Shown one piece after another: positions 20,185 through 29,790 of a stretch of 64,000 nucleotides of DNA; the stretch's first letter is position 1, and each line of letters begins with the position of its first letter. The stretch comes from an uncultured Actinomycetota bacterium (GTDB lineage: Bacteria > Actinomycetota > Actinomycetes > JAHEKZ01), in the NCBI GenBank assembly GCA_963718235.1, contig CAVQYR010000001.1, positions 1,696,001 to 1,760,000 on the forward strand, given 5' to 3'. Made by a program: the position numbers and the translations under genes. The notes below the pieces were generated by a model, which ran no database searches, was not told the DNA's origin, and saw nothing but the letters and a program-made list of their open reading frames with translations.

Positions 20185-20757
20185 CTAGCCGATGGCCATC
20201 GAGCCCGGAGCACAGGTCGCTGTCATCCTGACTGTGGCCGTCACTGGCTCGGCGGTGGGGTTCACCCAGGTCACACCCCACCCACTCGTCGGGTCGCCGC
20301 CGACTGGTCCTGACCGGATCATCTTCAGCGGGATGATGTCCGGTCCGTACCCCGTCACCCCACCCGACAGGACGACTTCCCCGCTCAGGCACAACGCGAC
20401 CGCATCCGCCGTGGGATCGCCAGGGAGTGTGTCCTCGAGCGGAGGGACGGTGACGGTTCGGGTCACGTGGCGCATGGTGACCTGGAGGTCGACCGTTCCT
20501 GGTGGCCCCTGCTCACCCCGTGGGCCGCGGGGGCCAGTCTTGTTCCACTGGACCTGGGTGGCTCCCGTTGGGCACTGGTTCTTCGGCGCTTGACCGACGG
20601 CGACGTTCACCAGAATCCCGTGCACCAGACACCCGGTGTAGGTGTTCGAAGGGGCGGAGGGCGAGGCAACGGCGAGCCCGCCGGCCACCACCACCCCCGC
20701 TGCGACCACCGTTGACGCGAAGACGACTCGACCTCTACGTGTTGACCACAGTCGCAT
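20185..20757 (-). CDS. Secreted protein with short collagen-like GXY segment
   Basis: Signal peptide; GPRGPRGEQGPPG; paired Cys; CAGGAG RBS. Confidence 0.7.
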   Translation of the reverse strand: MRLWSTRRGRVVFASTVVAAGVVVAGGLAVASPSAPSNTYTGCLVHGILVNVAVGQAPKNQCPTGATQVQWNKTGPRGPRGEQGPPGTVDLQVTMRHVTRTVTVPPLEDTLPGDPTADAVALCLSGEVVLSGGVTGYGPDIIPLKMIRSGPVGGDPTSGWGVTWVNPTAEPVTATVRMTATCAPGSMAIG

Positions 20758-20985
20758 GACGATCTCCTGACCTGCGTTGGTCGCTGCTTCGACCACCCTC
20801 GGCGGGTGATCATCTGGGCGCTTCGACGGTAGGCGCGAACAGTGCCCACTCGGCAGGTGCGAAGGTCACCGGTCCTGCCCAGGCAGGTAGTCAATCCGGG
20901 CCAAGGGCATGCGCAGAACCACCCTTGTGCGCACGTGGGCGCGAGGCCATCCTGATCCGCATCTGTGGAGCCAGGAGGGCCAACC

Positions 20986-21694
20986 ATGTCCGTATCGTCG
21001 AAGACCGTCAGCTCACGAGGCACGTTCATCGCGCTGATGCTGTGTGCCGTCATCGTCGTGGCCTTCGGACCGCTCGGGTTCTCGCCCTTCGCCCGCGCCG
21101 CGGCGGGTGACCCGTTCGTGCTCGGCATGATGAACCGGTCGACGCCGACCACCTACCTGAACTGGGACAAGGCGACCTACCCATCGCGCGACACGGGGCT
21201 TGCTGTTCGCGGGGATGTGACGGCGGCGGTGTTCGCCACCAGCGAGGAGTACCTCGGTTCATTGTCCGCGGAGGACCGGCCGATCACCGGGCTTCAAGCG
21301 GCCGGGAACGACCGTGGGGGCTACTTCTACGGGGTCAACGCAGGGCTCGAGTCCGAGTCGGAAGACCTCGGGATCCGGGCCAGCGGCGACACCGCGATCC
21401 GCGCAGACGGCGGTAGTGTCGGTCTTGCGGTCACCGGCGACACAGCGCTCGAGGTCGACGGTGCTGTGTCGTTCAGCTCTGCGGGGCTGGTGCGGGTTCC
21501 GAAGGGCAAGCAGTCGGTGACGGTGTCCACGGGAGCCGACCTGAGCGCGGAGAGCAAGGTGCTCGCCACAGCGCAGTCACCCGGGGGCCAGGTCCGTGGA
21601 GTCCGTCGAGCCTTCGGCACGGGCTCGTTGACGATTCAGCTCGTCTTCACCGGCGACTCGCACGGTGATCGTCGCGTACTTCGTGATCCAGTAG
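20986..21694 (+). CDS. Secreted beta-rich hypothetical protein, probable frameshift near 21640
   Basis: AGGAGG RBS and signal peptide ending ARA-AAGDP. A plausible C-terminus ...TRTVIVAYFVIQ* lies in another frame (TAG 21692-21694). Confidence 0.6.
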
Positions 21695-21796
21695 ACGCGG
21701 TGGGAGCGGGGCCTTGCCTCGGGGTCGCGCGCCCCTTCCCTTCCAGGCAGGGGTCCGCTATACCTCGGTGTCAGCCGCAACTTCTGGGAGTGCCGC

Positions 21797-22807
21797 ATGC
21801 GAATCGCCGCGAGAACGGTCTCGATCTCCTGGATCCCTGCCGAATCGGTGCACGGGGCCTTGCGTCGCGGGTTCGACCTCGGGGTGGCCCACTACGACCT
21901 GCCGCCTCCGGACGTCATCGAGTCGGTCGACCAGCTCGAGCGGCTGCGCGATGCCGACGCGTTCCGCTTCTCCAACGTGCTGTCCGCCTGGATCGAGGTC
22001 GAGGACGGACAGATCGTCGACTTCGGACGTTCACGTGAGTCCGGTCTGGTGATCGGCTCCACGACCGTGCGCGTTGCTCAGCTGGGCGCGACGTTTCGTG
22101 CCATCTCCCTCCCCGAGGTGCAGCCTGACCCGGTGGTCTCGCCGACGAGCGTGCAGTTCGTCCAGACCGTCGGTGGTCGAACGGGCGTTCCGCTGCCCCG
22201 CCCTGTTCGTCATGCTCCGTTCGTCCAGTGGCAGGCGCCGGTGGTCTGGACCACGTTGAGTTTGACCATTCACGTCGACGGATCCGCAGAGTTCGACCTT
22301 GTCGGAGCGAGTGCCTTCCCTCGGCACTGGATCTATGGGACCGACGGAAAGCTGGCCGTCAAGAGCAGCCTGGCCGACCAGAAGGAGTGGGTGGCCCACT
22401 CCTTCGGCGACCGGACGCCGTGGGGAGAGCAGGACTCACCGGCGCTGGTGACCGCGGCGGAGACCGATCTGGAGCACCAGCTTTCGCCGGCCATCATGGA
22501 CGCCGGCAAGAGCCTCGAGACCCGTCGGTTCACGCCGGGGGAGCTGGTCACCCGGCAAGGCGACCCCGGTACGGAGCTGTTCCTTCTGCTGGACGGCGTG
22601 CTGGGCGTTGACGTCGACGGCGAGCGGGTGGCGGAGGTCGGGCCTGGTGCGATCCTCGGTGAGCGTGCCGTGCTCGAAGGTGGTCGACGGACCTCGTCGT
22701 TGGTGGCGCTCACGCCGGTCCGCCTCGCAGTGGCTGCTGCGGATGTCATCGACCTCGACCGGCTGAGGGCGGTGGCCGAGCACCACAGGCGCGAGGACGC
22801 CCGCTGA
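21797..22807 (+). CDS. Protein with unknown N-terminal domain and C-terminal cyclic-nucleotide-binding domain
   Basis: QGDPGTELFLLLDG...GPGAILGERAVLEGGRRTSSLVA phosphate-binding cassette. Confidence 0.8.
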   Translation: MRIAARTVSISWIPAESVHGALRRGFDLGVAHYDLPPPDVIESVDQLERLRDADAFRFSNVLSAWIEVEDGQIVDFGRSRESGLVIGSTTVRVAQLGATFRAISLPEVQPDPVVSPTSVQFVQTVGGRTGVPLPRPVRHAPFVQWQAPVVWTTLSLTIHVDGSAEFDLVGASAFPRHWIYGTDGKLAVKSSLADQKEWVAHSFGDRTPWGEQDSPALVTAAETDLEHQLSPAIMDAGKSLETRRFTPGELVTRQGDPGTELFLLLDGVLGVDVDGERVAEVGPGAILGERAVLEGGRRTSSLVALTPVRLAVAAADVIDLDRLRAVAEHHRREDAR

Positions 22808-22808
22808 C

Positions 22809-23456
22809 CTACGACAGCGAGCCAGCGGCGAGGTCGCGTTCGGCGCGGTCGCGGATGCCGCGGAGCATCTTCTGGCTCATCACGAAGCTCGCCATCTCGA
22901 CCGGCTCGACAACCAGCCGCGCCCACGGCGCCCGGTACGCGTAGCTCTCGCGAACAAGCAGCCGCGTGGCACCCTCGTCCGCGGGTACCAGGACGAAGGC
23001 CCAAGTGAAGTCGAACGGTGCTGGTTCCTGGTCGCTCGGAGCGCCGCCACTGACGACGAGGGCACGGCCCGGCACGACGTCGGTCACAACTAGGGCAACC
23101 TCCGGGTGCAGCCGGAACGGGTCACCGACGGCGACGTCCTGCCACTCGGGGACGATCTCGTCCGCGCTGTGGATGTCACAGCCCACCAGGTTCTCAAGCG
23201 CGTCGTAGCTGTAGAGCCCGCCTCTTCCTTGGCCGAGCTGCGCGATCCAGGGCCACACGTGGTCCGGCGCTGCCCGCACCGTGATCGCACGGGTCGAGAC
23301 GAGATCAGGGGTGTCGATGCGCTCGTCGCCGGGCAGGGGAGCGGTGCACTCCTCGCCAGTGGCGCCCCACTGCAGGTACCAGGGTCGGGCGACCATCGCG
23401 ACTGCCGTTCCCAGACCGGCCATCACGACCAGCCTGCGCAGCGTGCGGCGTGGCAT
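22809..23456 (-). CDS. SRPBCC/START-like family protein
   Basis: WGAT-EE...LPGD, [30 protein letters not shown] motifs. Confidence 0.75.
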   Translation of the reverse strand: [215 protein letters not shown]

Positions 23457-23584
23457 GCTCGCCTCCCTCACCCGGGGTCGGCACGAGGTCCGCCGACGTG
23501 GCGGGCCCAGCCTACGGTTGCCGATCGACGGGGCTGGTCGGCGGGGCTGGTCGGCGGGGTCAGGTTCCTCGGTAGGGTCCTCGC

Positions 23585-24355
23585 ATGCCCCAAGCCCCCT
23601 TCACACTCATGGCCGGTGTCGAGATCGCCAACGGCCAGGTCGAGGTGCTCAGCCACGGAGAGGCCGACGACCGCCGTTCCTTCGGTGACCCTGTGACCGC
23701 CGCCCGCACCTGGGTCGGCCAGGGCGCCCCATGGCTCCACGTCGCCGACCTGGACGCGGCGGCCGGGCGCGGCAGCAACGCCGACCTGGTGGCCAAGGTC
23801 GTCGACGCGTGCCGAGGGCAGGTGCACCTACAGCTCGCGGGCGGCATCCGAGACGACGCGTCGCTGGCAGCTGCGCTCGAGACCGGCTGCCGCCGGGCAG
23901 TCATCGACGCGGCTGCACTCGGCAACCTCGCGTGGGTGGAGGACGTGGTGCGCAGTCATGACGACCGGGTCGGGGTTGCCATCACGGCCCACGAGCAGCA
24001 GATCTTCGCGCCCGGCTCCGACGCCGACGGTGCGGACCTGGTCGAGGTCCTCCAGCGGCTCAAGTCCGCCGGGTGCAAGGCGTACGTCGTGACCGACGTC
24101 GACTCCAAGGGCGTCCGCAAGCGGTCGCAGCGTCAGGTCCTGACCACAGTGCTCAAGCAGGCGCACGGCCACGTGGTGTGCTGCGGAGGCATCTCCCGGC
24201 TGCAGGACCTGGAGGCGCTGACCGAGCAGGTTCCCCACGGGTTGGCCGCTGCCGTGGTCGACCGCGCCCTGTACACGGAGGAGTTCTCGTTCAGCGAGGC
24301 GCTGGCCGTCATGGTCCCGCGCTACGACCTGTACCGCTGGGGCCCGCCCGAGTAG
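23585..24355 (+). CDS. HisA/PriA-like TIM-barrel paralogue with substituted catalytic positions
   Basis: GDPVTAA-W-QGA-WLHVADLDAA-GRGSN, GGIRDDASL and GGISRL-DL motifs. Confidence 0.75.
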   Translation: MPQAPFTLMAGVEIANGQVEVLSHGEADDRRSFGDPVTAARTWVGQGAPWLHVADLDAAAGRGSNADLVAKVVDACRGQVHLQLAGGIRDDASLAAALETGCRRAVIDAAALGNLAWVEDVVRSHDDRVGVAITAHEQQIFAPGSDADGADLVEVLQRLKSAGCKAYVVTDVDSKGVRKRSQRQVLTTVLKQAHGHVVCCGGISRLQDLEALTEQVPHGLAAAVVDRALYTEEFSFSEALAVMVPRYDLYRWGPPE

Positions 24356-24388
24356 GGCCCCCGCCGACGGCGCTGCGAGCGACGTCGG

Positions 24389-25162
24389 TCAGCCGAGGCG
24401 GAACGTCTCGGTGTGACCGTCGACGGCGATGGTCTGCCCCGACACCATCACGGCCTGGGGCGAGGCCAGGAACTGGCACATGTCGGCGACCTCGTCAGCC
24501 TGGACGAACCGCTTGATCGAGTGACCGCCCACGTACCCACGCTCGACCTCGGTGGGGTCGACGCCGCGTGCCTTCGCCTCGGCGGTGATCACCCCTCGCA
24601 TCCGTGGCCCGTCGACCGACCCCGGGCACACGGCGTTGACCCGGACACCATAGGGCCCAAGCTCGATCGCCAGCGACTTGACCAGGCCGATCACCGCCCA
24701 CTTCGCGGCCGCGTAGGGAGTGCGAAGGCCGTAGCCGAACTGCCCCGCCGTAGAGGAGATGCAGATGATGGCACCGGACTGCTGCTGTTTCAGGTGCGGC
24801 GCGACCAGGCTGCTGGCCACGAAGTGGCTCTCGAGCCCGACGGCCAGGCAGCGCTGCCACTGCTCGAGAGTCACGTCCTCGACGGCGGCAGTCGGCCCGG
24901 CGATGCCCGCATTGTTGATGAGGACATCGATGCCGCCCATGGCCGACACCGACCCCTCGACCCATCGGGTGAGCGCATCGGCGTCGGCCACATCGACCTC
25001 AGACGCGGCAATGCCCTGCTCCGGGCGGTCCACCTGGCCGACCAGGTACGGGTCGATGTCACAGACCCGGACTTCGGCGCCGGTAGCCGCGAACCGCTGT
25101 GCGGTAGCCCACCCGATGCCGGACGCGCCGCCGGTGATCAGTACCCGCTGAGTCGATTTCAT
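24389..25162 (-). CDS. Short-chain dehydrogenase/reductase
   Basis: TGGASGIG, NNAG, YAAAK and IRVN-like VRVNAVCPG motifs. Confidence 0.92.
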   Translation of the reverse strand: MKSTQRVLITGGASGIGWATAQRFAATGAEVRVCDIDPYLVGQVDRPEQGIAASEVDVADADALTRWVEGSVSAMGGIDVLINNAGIAGPTAAVEDVTLEQWQRCLAVGLESHFVASSLVAPHLKQQQSGAIICISSTAGQFGYGLRTPYAAAKWAVIGLVKSLAIELGPYGVRVNAVCPGSVDGPRMRGVITAEAKARGVDPTEVERGYVGGHSIKRFVQADEVADMCQFLASPQAVMVSGQTIAVDGHTETFRLG

Positions 25163-25279
25163 CCGGGCATCCTCTCCCATGGCGATCGCGGTGATGACAC
25201 CGTCCGGACGACGGGTCGTGACCAGATCGTGGCCGCGTCTCCCTTCGCGCTCCCCTGACCGACGTGCGAGTGTGGCGGG

Positions 25280-25513
25280 ATGGGCCGTGGTGCGCTCCAT
25301 CGGGTGACTTCCGGACAGGGGCTCCTGGTCATCGACGCGCCCCCGGCCGGGGGGCCGCGGGACTCCTCACTCCACGTCGAGGCCGACGCGATCTGCCCCC
25401 GCTGCCTGTCCTGGATCGGACCGGACGACTTCGTGCGGCGCACGGGGTACGGACTGCTCCAGCACGAGTCATGTCCCCGCCGCCTCGCCCAGCTCGTCGG
25501 CGCGTACCAGTGA
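25280..25513 (+). CDS. Small putative zinc-binding protein (CxxC...HxxC)
   Basis: AICPRCLSWIGPDDFVRRTGYGLLQHESCP; GC-rich third codon positions. Start uncertain. Confidence 0.5.
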   Translation: MGRGALHRVTSGQGLLVIDAPPAGGPRDSSLHVEADAICPRCLSWIGPDDFVRRTGYGLLQHESCPRRLAQLVGAYQ

Positions 25514-26032
25514 GGTGACCCGCCCGAGCGCCATGCGCGTGTCCTGGTCCAGCTGGTCGACCATCAACGACACGCCGGCGAACGTGGCGTCGCAGGACTC
25601 GACGAGCTCGCGGGCTGCGAGGGCCTGGCTCCCGCGCTCGGCCCAGTCGTCGACGAGGAGTACCCGGTCGCGCCGGTCGACGGACCTCTGCATGCGCAGC
25701 TGGTGACGCAGGCCCCGGTAGTCGGTCTCCGCCTCCGCCGTGACCTTCGCGCCCGGGAACAGCCCGTCGGCCTTCCGGATGGCCGCGAACCCGACACCCA
25801 TGGCCACGGCGACGGCGCCGCCGAGCAGGAAGCCGCGCGACTCGATACCGGCCACCCGGGTCACGCCGGCCCCGCGCCACGGGGCCGCGAGGCCATCGAC
25901 GACCGCAGCCAGGGCTGCCTCGTGGCTGAAGACCTGCCACACGTCCGCGTGGCCGCCGGTCCAGCGGAACCGGTCGAGGAGCTGACGACGGGCGGCCTCA
26001 ACGGCCCGGTTGTCGAGTTCGATCGGCTCCAT
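25469..26032 (-). CDS. Adenine phosphoribosyltransferase-like type I PRTase
   Basis: GIESRGFLLG, IRK and VLLVDDW-ERGSQ PRPP loop. Confidence 0.8.
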   Translation of the reverse strand: MEPIELDNRAVEAARRQLLDRFRWTGGHADVWQVFSHEAALAAVVDGLAAPWRGAGVTRVAGIESRGFLLGGAVAVAMGVGFAAIRKADGLFPGAKVTAEAETDYRGLRHQLRMQRSVDRRDRVLLVDDWAERGSQALAARELVESCDATFAGVSLMVDQLDQDTRMALGRVTSLVRADELGEAAGT

Positions 26033-26163
26033 GAGGCCATCCTGCCTCGGCATCGCCCGCTGGAGGCTGTGGGCGACGTCACGACCATCCCGGGCGCGGA
26101 CCCGGAACCAGGGTCGCAGGTGCACCGTCTCACGCTGAGTTGTCGGTCTCCGGAAGGCTCGTG

Positions 26164-26448
26164 ATGGTGGTCCAGCCCGCGTCGGACGCGCACACGTCCT
26201 GCGCACGCGACGAGGAGTACGCGGTGGCGGTGCAGCGGCAGGTGTCCGCCGCCTGGCACCGGCGCGACCTCGGTGCCCTCGACCGGATCGCCCACGAGGT
26301 CGAGCGAGCCAAGCACCAGGCAACCACCCTGGAGCGAGCCCGGCTCGACCTGGCGACGGAGATCATCGCCTTCTGCCGCGCCGACATCGTCCGTCGCCGG
26401 CGCTGGTCACCGGCGCGGCGCGCCACCCGCGCCCTGGTTCCCGGCTGA
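26164..26448 (+). CDS. Hypothetical helical protein
   Basis: ORF with GC-rich third positions filling the gap; no recognisable motif. Confidence 0.45.
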   Translation: MVVQPASDAHTSCARDEEYAVAVQRQVSAAWHRRDLGALDRIAHEVERAKHQATTLERARLDLATEIIAFCRADIVRRRRWSPARRATRALVPG

Positions 26449-26566
26449 CCGCGGCCGCGTCGACCGCTGGCCCGGCGGTCATGATTCGCATCGGCGGGCT
26501 CATAGGGTTGGGCCCTGTCGGGGCGTCCACCATGGGCGCGCTCCGGCCAGGCAGGGAGGACACGGC

Positions 26567-27166
26567 GTGGAGGTCCAGGAGACCGAGATCCAGACGGATC
26601 GGGTCCTCACCCTCCCGAACGTCCTCTCGGCCCTTCGCCTGCTCCTGGTTCCCGTGTTCGTCTGGCTCGTCCTGGGGCCGGAGGCCGACGGGTGGGCGGT
26701 CGCCGTCCTGGCGCTGAGTGGGTTCACCGACTGGCTGGACGGGAACCTGGCCCGTCGTTGGCACCAGATCTCCCGGGTCGGGCAGATCCTCGACCCGATC
26801 GCCGACCGGCTGTTCGTCACGGTCACGGTGCTCGTGCTCGCGATCCGCGAGATCATCCCGTGGTGGCTGGTCGTCGTGCTCTTCGCCCGTGACGGGCTGG
26901 TCTTCGCCGTCCAGCTGGTGGAACGGTCGCGCCACCTGCCGATCATCCCGGTGAACCTCGTGGGCAAGGCGGCCACGATGTGCCTGCTCTATGCGCTTCC
27001 GCTGCTGCTGCTGACCGACACGAGCAGTGGCTTCGCCGACCTCGCGAAGCCGGTCGCCTGGGCGTTCACGGTGTGGGGGACCGGCCTGTACTGGTGGTCG
27101 GCCATCCTCTACCTGGCGCAGGCCCGAGCGGTGTCGGCCGGTCGCACCGTCTCGCTGAGAGCCTGA
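26567..27166 (+). CDS. CDP-alcohol phosphatidyltransferase (PgsA2-like)
   Basis: TLPNVLS-LRL and TDWLDG-LARR...GQILDPIAD motifs; GGAGG RBS. Confidence 0.92.
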   Translation: MEVQETEIQTDRVLTLPNVLSALRLLLVPVFVWLVLGPEADGWAVAVLALSGFTDWLDGNLARRWHQISRVGQILDPIADRLFVTVTVLVLAIREIIPWWLVVVLFARDGLVFAVQLVERSRHLPIIPVNLVGKAATMCLLYALPLLLLTDTSSGFADLAKPVAWAFTVWGTGLYWWSAILYLAQARAVSAGRTVSLRA

Positions 27167-27179
27167 CCGGGGCCGTTGC

Positions 27180-28031
27180 ATGAGCGATCAAGGCACGGGA
27201 CGCCTCGGCGTCGGCGAGTACGGCGACACGATGTCGTTGCTCCGCCGCATCGTCGACGAAGCAGTCGACCCGGGGTATGCGCAGTCCACCGCGTCACCTC
27301 GCCGTACGGGCTCGCTCTGGTCTCGCCGGGTCGTGTTCGCCCTCACCCTCCTCGTCCTCGGGGCACTGCTCACTGCCGCCCTGGTCCAGGTGCGCCTAGG
27401 GGCGTCCGGGGTCGAGCGCGCGAGAACCGAGCTGTTGGAGCGCGTCGAGTCCGCCACGACCGCCACTGACCGGCTGGCCGGTGAGCTCGACGACACGCGG
27501 CAGAGCGTCCAGCTCCTGCGGGCCTCGACCTTGGCCGCGAGCGAGGAAGGACGTCGGGTCAACGAGGCTCTCGCGGCGCTGGGCGTCGTGGCAGGCGTGA
27601 CGGCGGTCCAGGGACCCGGGGTCACGGTCACCCTCGACGACGGGCCACCCTCACGCACCGAGCCCGGCGCGCCCGACCTCGCCCGGGTTCTCGACCGGGA
27701 CGTGCAACGGGCGGTCAACGGGCTGCTCGCCGCTGGGGCCGAGGTCGTCTCGGTCAACGGCCAACGGATCACCACGCTCAGCCCCATCCGGGCTGCCGGG
27801 GGAGCGGTGCTCGTCGGCTACCGACCCCTGACCCCGCCCTACACGGTGACCGCACTGGGGGACCCTCAGGTGCTGGCGACCGCCTTCGCCGATGGGCCGG
27901 ACGGTCGCGCCCTGGAGGCCCTCGCGCAGACTTACGGGATCCGACTCGACGTGGAGACCAGCGACCGGCTCGAGGTCCCGGCCGTCGACTCGGTCACCCT
28001 GCGGTTCGCGCAGGCAGAGAGGGACTCATGA
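27180..28031 (+). CDS. DUF881 family protein
   Basis: GPGVTVTLDD...VNGLLAAGAE-VSVNGQR...PPYTV-ALGDP motifs. Confidence 0.88.
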   Translation: MSDQGTGRLGVGEYGDTMSLLRRIVDEAVDPGYAQSTASPRRTGSLWSRRVVFALTLLVLGALLTAALVQVRLGASGVERARTELLERVESATTATDRLAGELDDTRQSVQLLRASTLAASEEGRRVNEALAALGVVAGVTAVQGPGVTVTLDDGPPSRTEPGAPDLARVLDRDVQRAVNGLLAAGAEVVSVNGQRITTLSPIRAAGGAVLVGYRPLTPPYTVTALGDPQVLATAFADGPDGRALEALAQTYGIRLDVETSDRLEVPAVDSVTLRFAQAERDS

Positions 28032-28360
28032 TCGCTGTTCTCGGACTGGTGGCCGGCATCGTCCTCGGCCTGGTCCTGCAACCCACCATCCCGCTGTGGA
28101 TGCAGCCCTACCTGCCGATCGCCGTCGTGGCGGCCCTCGACGCGGTCTTCGGCGCCTTCCGGGCCTACCTCGACGGCACGTTCAACGAGCGGGTCTTCGT
28201 GATCTCGTTCATCGGCAACGTCCTCGTGGCCGCCCTGGTGGTCTTCCTCGGCGACCAGCTCGGGGTCGGGGCGCAGCTGTCCACCGGGGTGGTCGTCGTC
28301 CTGTCCATCCGCATCTTCGTCAACGCGGCCGCCATTCGGCGCCACCTGTTCCATGCGTGA
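28028..28360 (+). CDS. sbp: Small basic protein family (DUF1290) membrane protein
   Basis: YLPIAVVAALDAVFG...RIF-N-AAIRRHL; lies between two DUF881 genes. Confidence 0.88.
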   Translation: MIAVLGLVAGIVLGLVLQPTIPLWMQPYLPIAVVAALDAVFGAFRAYLDGTFNERVFVISFIGNVLVAALVVFLGDQLGVGAQLSTGVVVVLSIRIFVNAAAIRRHLFHA

Positions 28361-29126
28361 CCAGTCGGCCGACGAGCGGCCCCTCCCCGAGTCGTCACCG
28401 GACGGCACGACCGCTGCCGCCTGGGCCAAGGTGCGCCGGGCGCTGCACCCCAAGGCGAACGGGGGCCAGCTGGTCGTCGGGCTGCTGTTCGCCGCCCTGG
28501 GCTTCGCCCTGGTCACGCAGGTCCGATCAGCCCAGGGTGCTGAGGCGCTCGCGTCGGCCCGCCCGGACGACCTGGTGCGCATCCTGGACGACCTGCAAGA
28601 ACGCGAGGACCGGCTCCGGGCCGAGGCGGCCGCGCTGGCGGCGACGCGAGACGAGCTTCTCGGTGGAGTCGACCAGGCCGGCGCCGCACTCGAGCGCGCC
28701 CGTGACCAGGCCCAGACCCTCGGCATCCTGGCCGGGACCCTGCCGGCGTCCGGGCCCGGCATCACGGTCACGGTGGTCGACCGAGAGGGAGGTGTCGACG
28801 CTGCTCTGCTGCTGGACGCCGTCCAGGAGCTGCGTGACGCCGGCGCCGAGGCGATCCAGATCGACGGTCAGCGGGTGGTGGCCTCGACCGCGTTCGTGGA
28901 CACCCCTGAGGGCATCGCGATCGACGGCGAGCTCGTCGAGCCGCCGTACGACCTTGCGGTGATCGGCGACCCGGAGACCCTGGCCTCGGCCCTGGCGATC
29001 CCCGGTGGGGTGCTGGAGTCGGTGCGCAACGCGGGTGGGGACGGGCTGGTCGAGCAGCGGGACGTCGTCGATGTGACCGCCTTGAGGCCGCTGGAGCCCC
29101 CTGAGTACGCTCGCCCGGCGCAGTGA
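28353..29126 (+). CDS. DUF881 family protein
   Basis: GPGITVTV-D, QELRDAGAEAIQ, PPY-AVIGDP-L and IPGGV motifs. Confidence 0.88.
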   Translation: MRDQSADERPLPESSPDGTTAAAWAKVRRALHPKANGGQLVVGLLFAALGFALVTQVRSAQGAEALASARPDDLVRILDDLQEREDRLRAEAAALAATRDELLGGVDQAGAALERARDQAQTLGILAGTLPASGPGITVTVVDREGGVDAALLLDAVQELRDAGAEAIQIDGQRVVASTAFVDTPEGIAIDGELVEPPYDLAVIGDPETLASALAIPGGVLESVRNAGGDGLVEQRDVVDVTALRPLEPPEYARPAQ

Positions 29127-29196
29127 GTCACGTAGATTCGGTCATGCGGACCAGTGCCGTACGGAGCACGTCGAGTAGGAACCCTCTGGAGGACAT

Positions 29197-29580
29197 GTGT
29201 ACCCCGACGACCTGAAGTACACCGTCGAGCACGAGTGGGTGCGCACCGACGACGACGGCACCGTGACCTTCGGCATCACCGACTTCGCCCAGGACGCCCT
29301 GGGCGACATCGTCTTCGTCACCCTGCCGGCACCGGACGCCGAGGTGAGCACCGGCGATGCGATCGGTGAGGTCGAGTCGACCAAGAGCGTCAGCGACGTC
29401 TACGCACCCCTGAGCGGGACCGTCGTCGCTCGCAACGACGCGCTGGAGGCCACCCCGGAGATCATCAACTCCGACCCGTACGGCGAGGGGTGGATGGTGC
29501 GGATGCGCCCGGCGGACCCGGCCGCGCTGGAGCAGCTGCTGGACGCCGACGGCTACGCCGCGCACGTCGCCCAGTCCTGA
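29197..29580 (+). CDS. gcvH: Glycine cleavage system H protein
   Basis: HEWV, GITDFAQDALGDIVFV, ESTKSVSD (lipoyl Lys) and NSDPYGEGW motifs. Confidence 0.97.
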   Translation: MYPDDLKYTVEHEWVRTDDDGTVTFGITDFAQDALGDIVFVTLPAPDAEVSTGDAIGEVESTKSVSDVYAPLSGTVVARNDALEATPEIINSDPYGEGWMVRMRPADPAALEQLLDADGYAAHVAQS

Positions 29581-29674
29581 GCGCGCGCCTCCGCTCCCCT
29601 CCGTCGCCCGGCTGGAGCACGGACTGCTCCGATCCGGTTGACCCGGTCCTGGCTTGGGTCATAGGTTCCGAGTG

Positions 29675-29694
29675 AACCGTCAAGTTGATGTTGA
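29675..29694 (+). promoter_or_regulatory. Candidate FtsR-like box upstream of garA-ftsR
   Basis: AACCGTCAAGTTGATGTTGA, just downstream of a TTGACC...TAGGTT promoter-like pair. Confidence 0.55.
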
Positions 29695-29790
29695 CTGTTC
29701 ACGGTCCGCTCGTCCTGCCCTCGCGGACCTCCTTGTCCCGGCAGTGATCGGCGGGGGTCCTGCGACCCGCCGCCGAGCGAGAGGATTCCC

